This document shows, one piece after another, positions 27,158 through 37,230 of a DNA stretch of 64,000 bases. The stretch covers positions 43,291 to 107,290 of the forward strand of contig JAXLUJ010000009.1 in NCBI GenBank assembly GCA_046329575.1, written 5' to 3'. Position 1 is the stretch's first letter, and each line of letters starts with the position of its first letter. Source of the stretch: Chitinophagales bacterium. GTDB lineage: Bacteria > Bacteroidota > Bacteroidia > Chitinophagales > LD1. Made by a program: the position numbers and the translations under genes. The notes below the pieces were generated by a model, which was not told where the DNA came from, made no database searches, and saw nothing but the letters and a program-made list of their open reading frames with translations.

Positions 27158-29584
27158 ATGCCGCGCGGCTTTCGGTGTTTACTTCTTATTTGGTGCTGGA
27201 TGTGTACGGTTGCCGCGTCGGCGCAACATACCGTTATGCTTCAGGGTCAGGTTACCGATGTAAAAAGCCTCCCGGTGAAAGATGCTATGATTTATCTGCC
27301 CAATCAACCGAATGGCGTGATGAGCAATGCCGGAAATTTTTCGCTGCAACTGCTCCCCGGAAATTATGCCATCACTTTCACTTCTGCCGAAATGATTCCA
27401 TTAACTGTAGCGGTACATCTTGCTCAGGATACCGTAATAACAGTGATCCTTCAAAAAGAACGCACGTTGAACGAAGCTGTTGTGAGTACCAAAAAGATGG
27501 AACGCCAAAGCCGTCATGATGCCGATGGCGTGATGAGTCTTACACCAGGAAATTTCAATTCGATACCCGCATTTATGGGCGAGCACGATCCGATGCGCGC
27601 CGTGCAGATGCAGCCGGGGGTTCAAAGCGGTAGCGAAGGGGGCAGAGGTATTTTTATCAGAGGCGGTAGTCCCGATCAAAATCTGATGCTGCTCGACGGC
27701 GCTCCTGTTTACAATCCATCGCATATCTACGGATTCATTTCAGTGTTCAATGGCGATGCCGTAGAAAGAGTTTCAATTTACAAAGATCGTTTGCCGGCGC
27801 GTTACGGCGGAAGATTATGCTCGGTAATTGATGTGGATATGGACGAAGGTAATACCAATCGGCTGAGAGGCGCATTGGCATTGGGAGTGGTGGCCTCGCG
27901 ATTCCATTTAGACGGACCGCTTTCACGCAATAAAAAAACAACCTTCTCGCTTTCACTTCGCGGTTGCTATATGGGTTTGTTCACCGGTCCTATTTCGCGG
28001 AAACAGTTTGCTGCATCAGGTTACAACGGCAATGTGCTCTATTATTTTGGCGATGTGAATGTGAAACTGGTTCATCGCTTTTCTGAAAAAAGTAAGCTTT
28101 CGTTTTCTTTTTTTACCAATAACGACTGGTATCAATTTTCCCGTAAAGGAGAAGCACATGTAAAAAATGTGTTGCAGTCGAGCAACACCGTAAATGAACT
28201 GAACTGGGCGAACTACGCTTCTACACTGGCGTGGAACCACCGCATCGGCGAAAACTGGAAACTGTTGCACCGCCTCACTTTCGGGCGCTACCAATTGCAT
28301 TCAAAAAACATTTACAACACCGCCGCCAAACTCACCGATATTCCGGGTGTAGAATACAATTTCAACTCCCAAAGCAACCGCTATTCTCATATCACCAACA
28401 TTAATTTTCAGAATGAAGCCACTTATTTCACCCAAAAACAACAATTCACTTTTGGTGTGGAAGTAGGGGAGCAGTTGTACCAAACCGGTACCGGAAAATC
28501 CAGTTCCGACGAAACCGGTTCGGGACGCACCGAATACGATTTGAACAACCCACTCATCAAAGCTACAGAAGTGGCCGCTTATGTTGATGAAACGTACACC
28601 CCCGTTCAGAATTTAACCATGCATTTGGGTTTCCATGCCCGGATGTATTATCAGCAGAAAGCTTTTGCCAGTTTGTTGCCCCGTTTCAGTTTAACCTGGA
28701 ATCCTTACAAGCGTTTGTTCTTACGCGGATCGGTTTCCGGTACTTTTCAGCCGCTTCATTTGCTCACGGCCGCCACGGCCGATATTTTCAGCGATTTGTG
28801 GGTGCCGGCTACAAAAGCAACAGCTCCCGAAACCGGCTGGAACTTTTCAGGCGGTTTACTGCACAAACTGCCATTGGGTTTTGAGTGGAGCGTAGATGGT
28901 TTTTATCGCTTAATGGAAAATGTGATCGATTACAAAGAAGGTGTTTCGCCGGGTGCGGCCGACGGCAATTGGCAGCAACAAGTGATGACCAATGGAATCG
29001 GACGAAGTTATGGGGCTGAATTTTATGTAGGCAGAACGTTTGGACGCATTAACGGCGCAGTGGCTTATACCTTATCGTGGAGCGATCGCAAATTCAGTGA
29101 AGTAAACGATGGCAAATTCTATCCTTACAAATACGACCGCAGACATAATCTGGCAGCGCAACTCACGTTTCAGGCTACCAAAAATATTGAACTCGGTCTT
29201 TCGTATGTTTATGGAAGTGGTTACCACTATACCCTTCCGGTGCAGTATTTTTATACCTATAGCGGCAATACTAATTTCGATTATCTGCATTCTATAAATA
29301 CCGCCACCAGCCGGGGCGAGAGTGTGCCGGTATATACTTCGCGTAATGGCTATCAACTTCCTTCTTTCCAACATCTGGATGTTTCATTTACGTGGCATAA
29401 GAAGAAAAAATATGTAGAGCATGAAGTAAACGTGAGTGTTTACAATGTGTACAGCCATTTCAATCAGTTTGCTGTGTATTCCGAAATCAAATTTAATCCC
29501 GACGGAACAGTAAGCCGTACCTATAAGCAGGTGAGTTTGTTCCCGGTGCTTCCTTCCATCACCTACACCATTCATTTGTTATGA
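27158..29584 (+). CDS. TonB-dependent receptor with N-terminal carboxypeptidase-regulatory-like domain
   Basis: 808-aa ORF with a signal peptide and a CarbopepD_reg-like region (LQGQVTDVKSLPVKDAMIYL). Plug motifs are PGVQSGSEGGRGIFIRGGSPDQNLMLLDGAPVYNPSH. A long beta-barrel ends in an aromatic-rich C-terminus. Confidence 0.9.
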   Translation: MPRGFRCLLLIWCWMCTVAASAQHTVMLQGQVTDVKSLPVKDAMIYLPNQPNGVMSNAGNFSLQLLPGNYAITFTSAEMIPLTVAVHLAQDTVITVILQKERTLNEAVVSTKKMERQSRHDADGVMSLTPGNFNSIPAFMGEHDPMRAVQMQPGVQSGSEGGRGIFIRGGSPDQNLMLLDGAPVYNPSHIYGFISVFNGDAVERVSIYKDRLPARYGGRLCSVIDVDMDEGNTNRLRGALALGVVASRFHLDGPLSRNKKTTFSLSLRGCYMGLFTGPISRKQFAASGYNGNVLYYFGDVNVKLVHRFSEKSKLSFSFFTNNDWYQFSRKGEAHVKNVLQSSNTVNELNWANYASTLAWNHRIGENWKLLHRLTFGRYQLHSKNIYNTAAKLTDIPGVEYNFNSQSNRYSHITNINFQNEATYFTQKQQFTFGVEVGEQLYQTGTGKSSSDETGSGRTEYDLNNPLIKATEVAAYVDETYTPVQNLTMHLGFHARMYYQQKAFASLLPRFSLTWNPYKRLFLRGSVSGTFQPLHLLTAATADIFSDLWVPATKATAPETGWNFSGGLLHKLPLGFEWSVDGFYRLMENVIDYKEGVSPGAADGNWQQQVMTNGIGRSYGAEFYVGRTFGRINGAVAYTLSWSDRKFSEVNDGKFYPYKYDRRHNLAAQLTFQATKNIELGLSYVYGSGYHYTLPVQYFYTYSGNTNFDYLHSINTATSRGESVPVYTSRNGYQLPSFQHLDVSFTWHKKKKYVEHEVNVSVYNVYSHFNQFAVYSEIKFNPDGTVSRTYKQVSLFPVLPSITYTIHLL

Positions 29585-30459
29585 AACTGAAGTATAGCCT
29601 CACTTTCGGGATATTGGTGCTGCTCGCTTCCTGCGTGAAGGATTTTTCATTGCCTGAAAATCAAAAAGGCGCTACGCTAAATTCGTTGTTCTCACCGCAA
29701 GACGGTCTTCGCGTTTATCTTACCGAAAGTATTCCGGCAACCGGGCAGTCTGACCAGCAGACTGCCATAACCGGCGCAACGGTGAAGCTTTTTGAGAATG
29801 ATCAATTTCTGGAAAACCTTGTTTTTATTCCTTCCAGTTATGATTCGATGTATGGTTATTATAAAACCACTAAACATCTGCATGAAGGAAAACGATACCG
29901 TGTATCGGCTGAAACCAGGCAGTATGGCCAGCTTTCCGCTTTCGATAGTATTCCGTCGCAAGTGCCTTTAAGCGGACTTGTGGTGAAGGTGGATACCTCT
30001 TATGGCGAGGCCTCGCTTTACTTTACTGACAATTACGCCAGTGCTGATTTTTATCGTTTGAATGTGTATACCCGCGGAAAATATAAAACGGTGAATACCG
30101 AAGGCGATACGGTAATAGTAGCTTATAACTACACTTGCCGGGCGCAGCTTTTGGAAAGAATGAGCGATACGGTACGCGATTCCCGGAATTTGCTCTTTTC
30201 CGATAAAGGAATCAACGGCGGGGCGCAAGCTTTGCACTTTAATTTTTATTTGCCCGATACAGCATACATGGTTTCTCAATCGCTTTATATTGAACTGAAC
30301 CACGTTAGCGAAAACCATTACAACTATTTCAGGAAGCTGGCCCTGTACAGGGGTTCGTCTTATAATGCAGAACCGGTTCATTTGTTTGGCAACATTGAAC
30401 ATGGAAACGGTATTTTTGCCGGTCAAAGCATTACCAGAAAAGTTATAGTGTTGAAGTGA
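29581..30459 (+). CDS. DUF4249-like lipoprotein partner of the TonB-dependent receptor
   Basis: 292-aa ORF with the lipobox LLASC. Its start overlaps the receptor stop (ATGA). The TBDR/DUF4249 pairing is common in Bacteroidota. Confidence 0.65.
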   Translation: MKLKYSLTFGILVLLASCVKDFSLPENQKGATLNSLFSPQDGLRVYLTESIPATGQSDQQTAITGATVKLFENDQFLENLVFIPSSYDSMYGYYKTTKHLHEGKRYRVSAETRQYGQLSAFDSIPSQVPLSGLVVKVDTSYGEASLYFTDNYASADFYRLNVYTRGKYKTVNTEGDTVIVAYNYTCRAQLLERMSDTVRDSRNLLFSDKGINGGAQALHFNFYLPDTAYMVSQSLYIELNHVSENHYNYFRKLALYRGSSYNAEPVHLFGNIEHGNGIFAGQSITRKVIVLK

Positions 30460-30486
30460 GAAGCACAGCTTAAATGGAATAACCGC

Positions 30487-31440
30487 ATGGCATTTGTAAC
30501 TGAAATAGGCACCGATCTGAAACGCGCTGCAGCTTTGCTGCGTGGCGGAGATGTAGTGGCCATACCTACAGAAACGGTGTACGGTTTGGCGGCCAATGCA
30601 TTAGACGAGGAGGCTGTAGTAAAGATCTTTCATGCAAAAGATCGTCCGTTTTTCGATCCGTTGATTGTGCACGTTCACGATCAAAATGCAGTATCTGCCT
30701 ATGTTTCAGCAATTCCTAAATCATTTGAACCGTTGATGGATGCCTTCTGGCCGGGGCCGCTTACCTTGTTGTTCCCAAAAGCAGAAAAGATTCCCGACAT
30801 CACTACTTCAGGTCTGACGCGTGTAGGCATTCGGGTACCGGCGCACCCCATGGTGCGCGAGCTGCTGAACCAAATCGATTTCCCTTTGGCTGCACCTAGC
30901 GCCAATCCTTTCGGATACATTAGCCCAACCACAGCACTTCATGTTTACGAACAACTTCAAAATAAGATCCCGTATATCCTCGATGGAGGACCCAGCACCG
31001 TTGGATTGGAAAGCACCATTGTGGGTGAAGAAAACGGCGAACTGGCCGTTTACCGACTGGGAGGCATTGGTTTAGAAGAACTGGAAAAAGTAGCCGGAAC
31101 ACTGCGGTTGCGGATCAGCGAAAATTCAAACCCTGCTGCACCCGGACAATTGGCTTCGCATTATGCGCCGCAGAAAAACCTGTTAGTTGGCGATGTGTAC
31201 GCCATTTTGCCCCAATTTCCGGAACAAAAAATTGCAGTGATCAGTTTTCGGAAAAAGTATAATGAACAAACGGTGCTTCTTTCTCCCAATGGCGATTTAA
31301 AAGAAGCGGCAAGAGCGCTTTTTCATGTGTTGCGCCAACTCGACCAAAGCGATGCCGACCTGATTGTTGCAGAAGTGTTTCCTGATTATGGTTTAGGCCG
31401 GGCTATCAACGATAGGTTGCGCCGGGCTGCAGTGCGTTAA
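30487..31440 (+). CDS. tsaC: L-threonylcarbamoyladenylate synthase (Sua5/YwlC-type TsaC)
   Basis: 317-aa ORF with the YrdC-domain motifs PTETVYGLAANA, KDRPFFDPLIVHV and APSANPFGYISPT, plus the Sua5 C-terminal domain. Confidence 0.9.
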   Translation: MAFVTEIGTDLKRAAALLRGGDVVAIPTETVYGLAANALDEEAVVKIFHAKDRPFFDPLIVHVHDQNAVSAYVSAIPKSFEPLMDAFWPGPLTLLFPKAEKIPDITTSGLTRVGIRVPAHPMVRELLNQIDFPLAAPSANPFGYISPTTALHVYEQLQNKIPYILDGGPSTVGLESTIVGEENGELAVYRLGGIGLEELEKVAGTLRLRISENSNPAAPGQLASHYAPQKNLLVGDVYAILPQFPEQKIAVISFRKKYNEQTVLLSPNGDLKEAARALFHVLRQLDQSDADLIVAEVFPDYGLGRAINDRLRRAAVR

Positions 31441-31470
31441 TGCTGGCATTGTTTTTTGGTTTAGAAGAAC

Positions 31471-33270
31471 ATGCGTGGCGCAGCTGCTCTTCTTATCATT
31501 TCAATCTACAGTTTGGTTTTGCAGGCGCAGCATGCCGATTCCTCTTCAGCTCCGGCGTTTATGCAACGGATGCAAACCATTGCGCAAAAAGCAGCAAAAG
31601 GCTTTGCCCGTTTAAGTTATAACGATGATCCCGATTCAAATACCACAACAGGTTCACGGCCTTATCGAAAATACCGCAACCGGGTGATTCGCAAGATTGA
31701 GATCACTGTTTTTCGTCCTTTTGGAACCGATATTCAGGATTCTACAAAGGTAATTCCCATGAACCGATTCGAAAAAGGCGCTAACCGATTCCATACCCGC
31801 ACCCGTTCCTGGGCGGTTCGAAACGACTTGCTGTTTCGCGAAGGGCAGCGCCTGAACCCTCAACGTATTGCCGATTCGGAACAACAACTATGGTCGCGCA
31901 ACACTTTTAAAAACCTTCGCATTTACGTAGTTCCAATACAAACCGATAGTGTAGATGTATTCATTTTGGCTCAGGACCGCTTTACCTTTCAGTTTCTCAC
32001 TTCTTTCGAATTTTATCGTTTACGGGTTAATCTCAACCTCATAAATTTTCTGGGGGCTCCGCAAACCCTTACCGTAGGCGCGTACGTGAGTGCCATTTAC
32101 CACAATTGGTTTGGTGTAAATGTGGGATACAGCTATGATAACATTGCCGGAACGCACATTAATGCTTCAGTTCGCGCAGCTTATGAAAAGATCGGTTTTT
32201 CTGTAGAAGGTAGTGTGACTCGTCCGTTTTTTTCAGCCGATACGAAGTGGGGTGGAGCATTTATAGCCGGATGGCAAAATACACAGGTACAAACCATTAA
32301 CGATTACACGTATTTCTATAATCAGTCGAATCATTATGAAGACCTTCGTTTGGTTTATGCCATTAAACGAACAGATACTTCCGCACAAAGCGCACAGCGG
32401 CTGCATCCCTTGGTAGCGCTGCGTTATCAGCATTTGCAATATGGCAATCGTCCGTTTTTGGTTCGCGGAGATGGGGTGTTCAAATTTGCCGGTTACGATC
32501 GTTTGTTATGGGCTGTTGGATTGGCTTCGTGGAACTATTATGAGGAGCGGACGGTGTACCTATTGGGTCAAAAGGAATATATTCCCAAGGGCCCGGGTGC
32601 GCAACTGATAATGGGCGTTGAGCGAGATGAGCTTTTCGGCAAGCGCGCTTATGCCGGTTTTCACTTTCAGTACGGGCGATACTTTCCGGTATTTGGTTAT
32701 AGTTTGTTTGACGCCGGAGCAGGCGGTTACACGAATTTCAATAAGATAGAACAAACGCATGTGGCGCTACAGCACCATTATTATTCGCCGCTGCTCAGTT
32801 TAGGAAAATGGCATGTACGGCATTTCATCGGTAACTTTTTCTATTTCGGATTTGACCGGCCGCCGGGCTCCTCATTTCAGGTAACAGAACGCTACGGCTT
32901 GAAAGGGTTGAATTATCCGGTATTTAGAGCAGAACGCGTGATTGCCGCGAATTTTGAAACGTCATTCTATCTACCCAAAAAAATTATGGGCTTCAACGCC
33001 AGCATTTTTGTGAATTGCGATTTGGCTTATCTTGGTTTTTATGGTTGGCAACCACAGTTTCATCCTTTAGTGCAGCAAGCCTATGGCAGCGGCATGCGGT
33101 TGCGCATTCCAAATTTCGGACTCGATATCATTGAGGTGGGTTTGTACTATTATCCGTTCTCATATCTATACAACATTTTCCCGGTGAATCCATCGGGTGG
33201 CACGGCCAATCCCCGTCAGGCGGCAGCCAACAATCTGTATAACCTCGACGCCTTGCACGTTGATTATTAG
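31471..33270 (+). CDS. Putative outer-membrane beta-barrel protein (Omp85-like?), function unknown
   Basis: 599-aa ORF with a signal peptide. It has alternating aromatic/Gly-rich beta-strand-like sequence and a C-terminal aromatic residue. The family is not firmly recognised. Confidence 0.45.
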   Translation: MRGAAALLIISIYSLVLQAQHADSSSAPAFMQRMQTIAQKAAKGFARLSYNDDPDSNTTTGSRPYRKYRNRVIRKIEITVFRPFGTDIQDSTKVIPMNRFEKGANRFHTRTRSWAVRNDLLFREGQRLNPQRIADSEQQLWSRNTFKNLRIYVVPIQTDSVDVFILAQDRFTFQFLTSFEFYRLRVNLNLINFLGAPQTLTVGAYVSAIYHNWFGVNVGYSYDNIAGTHINASVRAAYEKIGFSVEGSVTRPFFSADTKWGGAFIAGWQNTQVQTINDYTYFYNQSNHYEDLRLVYAIKRTDTSAQSAQRLHPLVALRYQHLQYGNRPFLVRGDGVFKFAGYDRLLWAVGLASWNYYEERTVYLLGQKEYIPKGPGAQLIMGVERDELFGKRAYAGFHFQYGRYFPVFGYSLFDAGAGGYTNFNKIEQTHVALQHHYYSPLLSLGKWHVRHFIGNFFYFGFDRPPGSSFQVTERYGLKGLNYPVFRAERVIAANFETSFYLPKKIMGFNASIFVNCDLAYLGFYGWQPQFHPLVQQAYGSGMRLRIPNFGLDIIEVGLYYYPFSYLYNIFPVNPSGGTANPRQAAANNLYNLDALHVDY

Positions 33271-33279
33271 AATTGAAAT

Positions 33280-33603
33280 TTAAAGCCCGATGATGAACGC
33301 TAAACCGATAAGCATACAAATACCACCGGTGCCGGTAATGCCGTAAAGCGCCGCATGAAAAACGCCATCGCAGTTGGTCATCAGCAGGCAGGAAATAAAT
33401 CCGGTGATGCACAAAACCACGCCAATACCTATCAGGATCATTCCGGTATGACTGTTGCGGTCGTGTTCCAATTGCCGTAGCACTTTGCGAACGTCTTCGG
33501 CCGGATGGCCGGCAGTGCAAAGGTCTTGTTCAATTTCTTTAGGTGATTTGCTTTGCTTATACAGCAATTGCGCCATTTCAATCAGCGATGTGTTTGCGTT
33601 CAT
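33280..33603 (-). CDS. Small membrane protein (108 aa from the internal ATG)
   Basis: The ORF track gives 33280..33705. I prefer the ATG at 33603 (MNANTSLIEMAQ...). It has a soluble N-terminus followed by two hydrophobic helices. Confidence 0.5.
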   Translation of the reverse strand: MNANTSLIEMAQLLYKQSKSPKEIEQDLCTAGHPAEDVRKVLRQLEHDRNSHTGMILIGIGVVLCITGFISCLLMTNCDGVFHAALYGITGTGGICMLIGLAFIIGL

Positions 33604-33703
33604 AGCTCTTGTTTTGGTTTCAGAAATTGTTTCAGAAAGTTTTGACTTTCTGTGGTTAAGATAAACTTTTTTATGGAAAAGAAAGTAGAACCCGCAGGGA
33701 AAC

Positions 33704-33782
33704 AATTACGAATGAAAAATGACGAATTACGATGAATGGCTTCCTCTCACAATCGTAATTCGTAATTCTGTAATTCGTAATT
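33704..33782. repeat. Long imperfect AT-rich hairpin built from AATTACGAAT / ATTCGTAATT units
   Basis: The left arm aattacgaatgaaaaatgacgaattacgat faces the right arm atcgtaattcgtaattctgtaattcgtaatt across an ~18-nt loop. The ATTCGTAATT unit occurs 3 times in the right arm. Confidence 0.7.
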
Positions 33783-34028
33783 AAACGAAGGTTAGGAATG
33801 AGGTGCTATGTATGTTGTTCAAAATGAGTAAGGCGCTATATTTTGGCTTCCCGCGGTAGGGATCGCAGCGAAAAGCCCGCAAGCCGCGCCACCACTGCGT
33901 TTCATAGATCACAAAACGTAGGCCGCGGCTGAGGACTTGCAGCGTAGAGCCCGGCATCCGCAAAAAATAAAATTCATGCAACACCGCCATTCGTTGTTCT
34001 TATTTGAAAGAAGATTATCTAACCTCAG

Positions 34029-35189
34029 TTATTCAATTACAGGATGCCTTTCGAACTTCGCATCCGGATGAAATAACTTCCGGTAAGTAACATGGGTTTT
34101 CATGATTTTGCCACCAACGGTTTCGCAGGTGCGCATCATTTTTGGATTGAAATCACCTATCCAGGTCAATTCGATCCAGCGCCATTTGTTCTTTGGAGTT
34201 ACCACTTTGTCGGCAGCTATTACAATTCCGGCCTCTACACCGCGGCGCTGATGCGAAGGCACTACGCCAAACACCAATCCAAAGATGCGGTCGTTCTTTC
34301 CATATGTTTTGTGCCACAAAAATTTCAGCTTTCCCCAAAGGTTGAAATTGCCATGAACATGTTGAAACCATTGATTCAATTCAGGTAACATTACAAACAT
34401 AGCCACAGGTTCGCTATGATAGTAGGCATACCAAAGTAAATAGTCCAGCATCACCGGCTTCATGCTCTTCAATAAGGCCAGACTTTGGTCGCGCGTCATT
34501 TCCTTGAAGTTGTGGTGTTTGCGCCAGGCCTGATTGTAAACGATGCGAAAATCTTCGGCATACTTTTCCAAATTGCCTTTGTTGGCATGTGAGAAGGTAT
34601 AACCTTGACGTAACAGCCGCTCGTAAAAAGGCTGGTATTTTTCAGGTCGCTCCATTTTTACCGGAAGGCCGTAACTATATTGTTCGAAATAATTTTTGAA
34701 GCCATACGCTTCAAAAAAATCGCGGTAATAAGGCGGATTGAAATTCATTTGATACGTGGGTTGTTCTTCAAAACCCTGCACCAGCAAACCCCAGTAGGCA
34801 TTGCGTTCTCCGAAATTTATTGGGCCGTCCATACCTTCCATACCGCGCTGTTGCAACCAATTTTTGGCTGCGTCGAAAAGCAGAAATGCGGAATTTTGGT
34901 CTTCAATGCATTCAAAAAAACCGCAGCCGCCAATGGGATGCGTTGCTGCTGCTGTAGTTCGTTGGTTGATAAATGCTGCAATCCTACCAATCACATCGCC
35001 GTTCTCATTTTGTAACACCCATCGGATAGCTTCGCCATGTGTAAAGAATTTATTTTGTGTGGGGTCGAACACTTTTTCAATATCCTGTTTCAGCGGGGCA
35101 ATCCATTGCGGATACGCGGCGTACAACCGAAAAGGCAGATCGTGAAATTGCTGAATGGTGTTGCGGTCTTGAACCTCTTTAAGCTGCAT
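34029..35189 (-). CDS. Conserved hypothetical protein, probable GNAT-fold N-acetyltransferase
   Basis: 386-aa ORF. RIAAFINQ...GGCGFFECIED and VVPSHQRRGVEAGIV look like acetyl-CoA-binding GNAT elements. The assignment is tentative. Confidence 0.5.
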   Translation of the reverse strand: MQLKEVQDRNTIQQFHDLPFRLYAAYPQWIAPLKQDIEKVFDPTQNKFFTHGEAIRWVLQNENGDVIGRIAAFINQRTTAAATHPIGGCGFFECIEDQNSAFLLFDAAKNWLQQRGMEGMDGPINFGERNAYWGLLVQGFEEQPTYQMNFNPPYYRDFFEAYGFKNYFEQYSYGLPVKMERPEKYQPFYERLLRQGYTFSHANKGNLEKYAEDFRIVYNQAWRKHHNFKEMTRDQSLALLKSMKPVMLDYLLWYAYYHSEPVAMFVMLPELNQWFQHVHGNFNLWGKLKFLWHKTYGKNDRIFGLVFGVVPSHQRRGVEAGIVIAADKVVTPKNKWRWIELTWIGDFNPKMMRTCETVGGKIMKTHVTYRKLFHPDAKFERHPVIE

Positions 35190-35197
35190 ATTGGAAA

Positions 35198-36193
35198 TTA
35201 TGATGCCGAAAGGCGGTGTTTCTTATTGCTGATGGTATTGCTGAGCGTCCAGGCTACTTGTTTTTCAAAAGTATGCTGCCTGCGGGTACAAATCAATTCG
35301 CACAAGCGGCAACTTTCCGGAATGCAGGGGTCGGGATGAATAAACACCTCCACCGGTTGCGGATAAAAGCGGTTCACCGTATCATCTACAATATCGATTT
35401 CAGAATGTACCTGCTCCAGATTCCAGTACCACGGAAATGTAATATGGCAATCCAGATGAAGCGTACTTCCATATTGTATCACCCGCAAATTGTGCAGGTC
35501 AATCCATCCGGGCTTCCTATTAGCCGATAAATGGCTCACAATGGGATCCACAATGGCTACATCGGTTTCGTCCATAATGCCTACTAACGATTTGCGTACC
35601 AATTTCCATCCGGTAACGGCAATAACGGCGGCTCCAATTACGGCAAACAAACTATCGAGCCAAACAATTTTAGTAAGCCAGATAAGTGCTACACCAACCA
35701 AAATGGCTGCTGAAATGTAAGCATCGGTCTTTAGGTGCTGGCCATCAGCTTCCAAAACTAACGAACGGTATTTCTTAGCGCGGTTTACAAGAAAAACACC
35801 AAGCAAAAAGTTTGCAGCTCCGGTTCCCGCAAGCAGCATCATCCCGATGCCCAAATGTTCAAGAGGCTGCACGTGATGAAATGAAACAATGGCTTTTAGC
35901 ATTATCATTACCGAAGCCGCCAGAATCAGCGCTCCTTCAAAACCGGCGGAAAGAAATTCGATTTTGCCATGCCCATAGGGATGGTCCTGATCTTTGGGCT
36001 TTGAAGAAAGCCATAAGCTGTACCAGGCAAATGTACCTGCTGCAATATTTACTACCCCTTCCAACGCATCGGTAAGTATGGTGGTGGAATGGGTATAGAA
36101 ATAAGCGCCGAACTTGATGAGTAGTAGTAACAGGCCCACGGCTACAGCAAATTGCTGAGCGCGCAAGGTGCTTTTTACCGAATCCTGACTCAT
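35198..36193 (-). CDS. Cation diffusion facilitator (CDF) family metal efflux transporter
   Basis: I chose the ATG at 36193 (MSQDSVKSTL...) rather than the ORF-track start at 36295, which would overlap the upstream gene. Motifs are LTDALEGVVNI, HPYGHGKIEF and GQHLKTDAYIS. The C-terminal tail is Cys-rich. Confidence 0.85.
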   Translation of the reverse strand: MSQDSVKSTLRAQQFAVAVGLLLLLIKFGAYFYTHSTTILTDALEGVVNIAAGTFAWYSLWLSSKPKDQDHPYGHGKIEFLSAGFEGALILAASVMIMLKAIVSFHHVQPLEHLGIGMMLLAGTGAANFLLGVFLVNRAKKYRSLVLEADGQHLKTDAYISAAILVGVALIWLTKIVWLDSLFAVIGAAVIAVTGWKLVRKSLVGIMDETDVAIVDPIVSHLSANRKPGWIDLHNLRVIQYGSTLHLDCHITFPWYWNLEQVHSEIDIVDDTVNRFYPQPVEVFIHPDPCIPESCRLCELICTRRQHTFEKQVAWTLSNTISNKKHRLSAS

Positions 36194-36225
36194 AGCACGA
36201 AGAAACAAATTACTGAAGCCAAAAC

Positions 36226-37218
36226 CTAACGCTGGATATTCCGTTTTGCCGGACCATTTTTCAGCATTTCCCATTCCTGCTGAAACCCACACCAACCCTG
36301 CAATCCGCCGCTGTGAACAGCAATAATGCGCGTGCCGGGCTCAAAATAATTTTGAAGAATCAAATCATACACACCGTACAGCATTTTTGAGGTGTACACC
36401 GGATCGAGAAGAATGCGGTGATGAACAAAGATATACTGAATGAACTGAAACAACTCATCCGTAATTTTGGCATAACCTCCAAAGTGATACTCTCGGTGGA
36501 ACTCGATGTTTGCAACGGCATGGGGCGTAGCGTTGGCAATCAGTTGCGGCAAACTTCCTTCTCCTTTCAATGCAGGAAAAACCAACAGGCGTTGATTCGC
36601 ATGCAGCGCATTTCGTAGGCCCGAGGCTGTGCCTCCGGTTCCGGCAGCGCAGCACATCACATCAAATGGAACGTCTATTTCGCCTACCAGTTCTTCGCAA
36701 CCCGGCAATGCCAATGCATTGGTCCCACCTTCAGGTAAATAGTAGAAATCGCCAAAGCGGTAGTGTAATTCCTCGATTCGTCCGGGTTCGTCTTTCAGGC
36801 GGTAGTGGCTTCGTTCCATAAAATGCAATTGCATGCCGTTTGCTGCAGCTTGCTGCAACGTTAGCGATGGCGTGGCAGTAGGTTCGCCGCGAATGATGCC
36901 AATGGTCTTCAAACCGAAAAGTTGGCCTGCCGCTGCAGTGGCTGCAATGTGGTTGGAATAGGCGCCTCCAAAAGTTAGCAAGGTGTCTTTTTGTGATTCG
37001 ATGGCCTGCTGCAGGTTGAACTTCATTTTGCGCCATTTATTTCCCTGAAGCAGCGGATGGATCAAATCATCGCGCTTTATCCAAACCGATATATTTCGAT
37101 CGGCCATCCATTTTTCCGGTAATCGCTGTAACGGCGAAGGAGTACGGATGCTTTCGGGGATTGAAAATTTATTCAAAATGTGATGTTGTGATAACAGCCA
37201 TCGGCTATCTTCGCGCAA
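36226..37218 (-). CDS. PLP-dependent ACC deaminase / D-cysteine desulfhydrase family protein
   Basis: 330-aa ORF with an uncertain TTG start. Motifs: IKRDDLIHPLLQGNKWRKMKF (PLP lysine region), TFGGAYSNHIAATAAAG and CCAAGTGGTASG. Confidence 0.8.
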   Translation of the reverse strand: MREDSRWLLSQHHILNKFSIPESIRTPSPLQRLPEKWMADRNISVWIKRDDLIHPLLQGNKWRKMKFNLQQAIESQKDTLLTFGGAYSNHIAATAAAGQLFGLKTIGIIRGEPTATPSLTLQQAAANGMQLHFMERSHYRLKDEPGRIEELHYRFGDFYYLPEGGTNALALPGCEELVGEIDVPFDVMCCAAGTGGTASGLRNALHANQRLLVFPALKGEGSLPQLIANATPHAVANIEFHREYHFGGYAKITDELFQFIQYIFVHHRILLDPVYTSKMLYGVYDLILQNYFEPGTRIIAVHSGGLQGWCGFQQEWEMLKNGPAKRNIQR

Positions 37219-37230
37219 ATTAAATTTTCT

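Noticed and set aside
31440-31622. 60-aa ORF overlapping the start of the 599-aa outer-membrane protein gene
   Set aside because: It lies in a different frame of the same strand as a much longer ORF with a signal peptide, and has no independent support.
33781-33990. 69-aa minus-strand ORF as a gene
   Set aside because: It spans the GC-rich repeat-like block, has Arg/Leu-rich shadow composition, and lacks a signal, motif or plausible start context. It is treated as non-coding.
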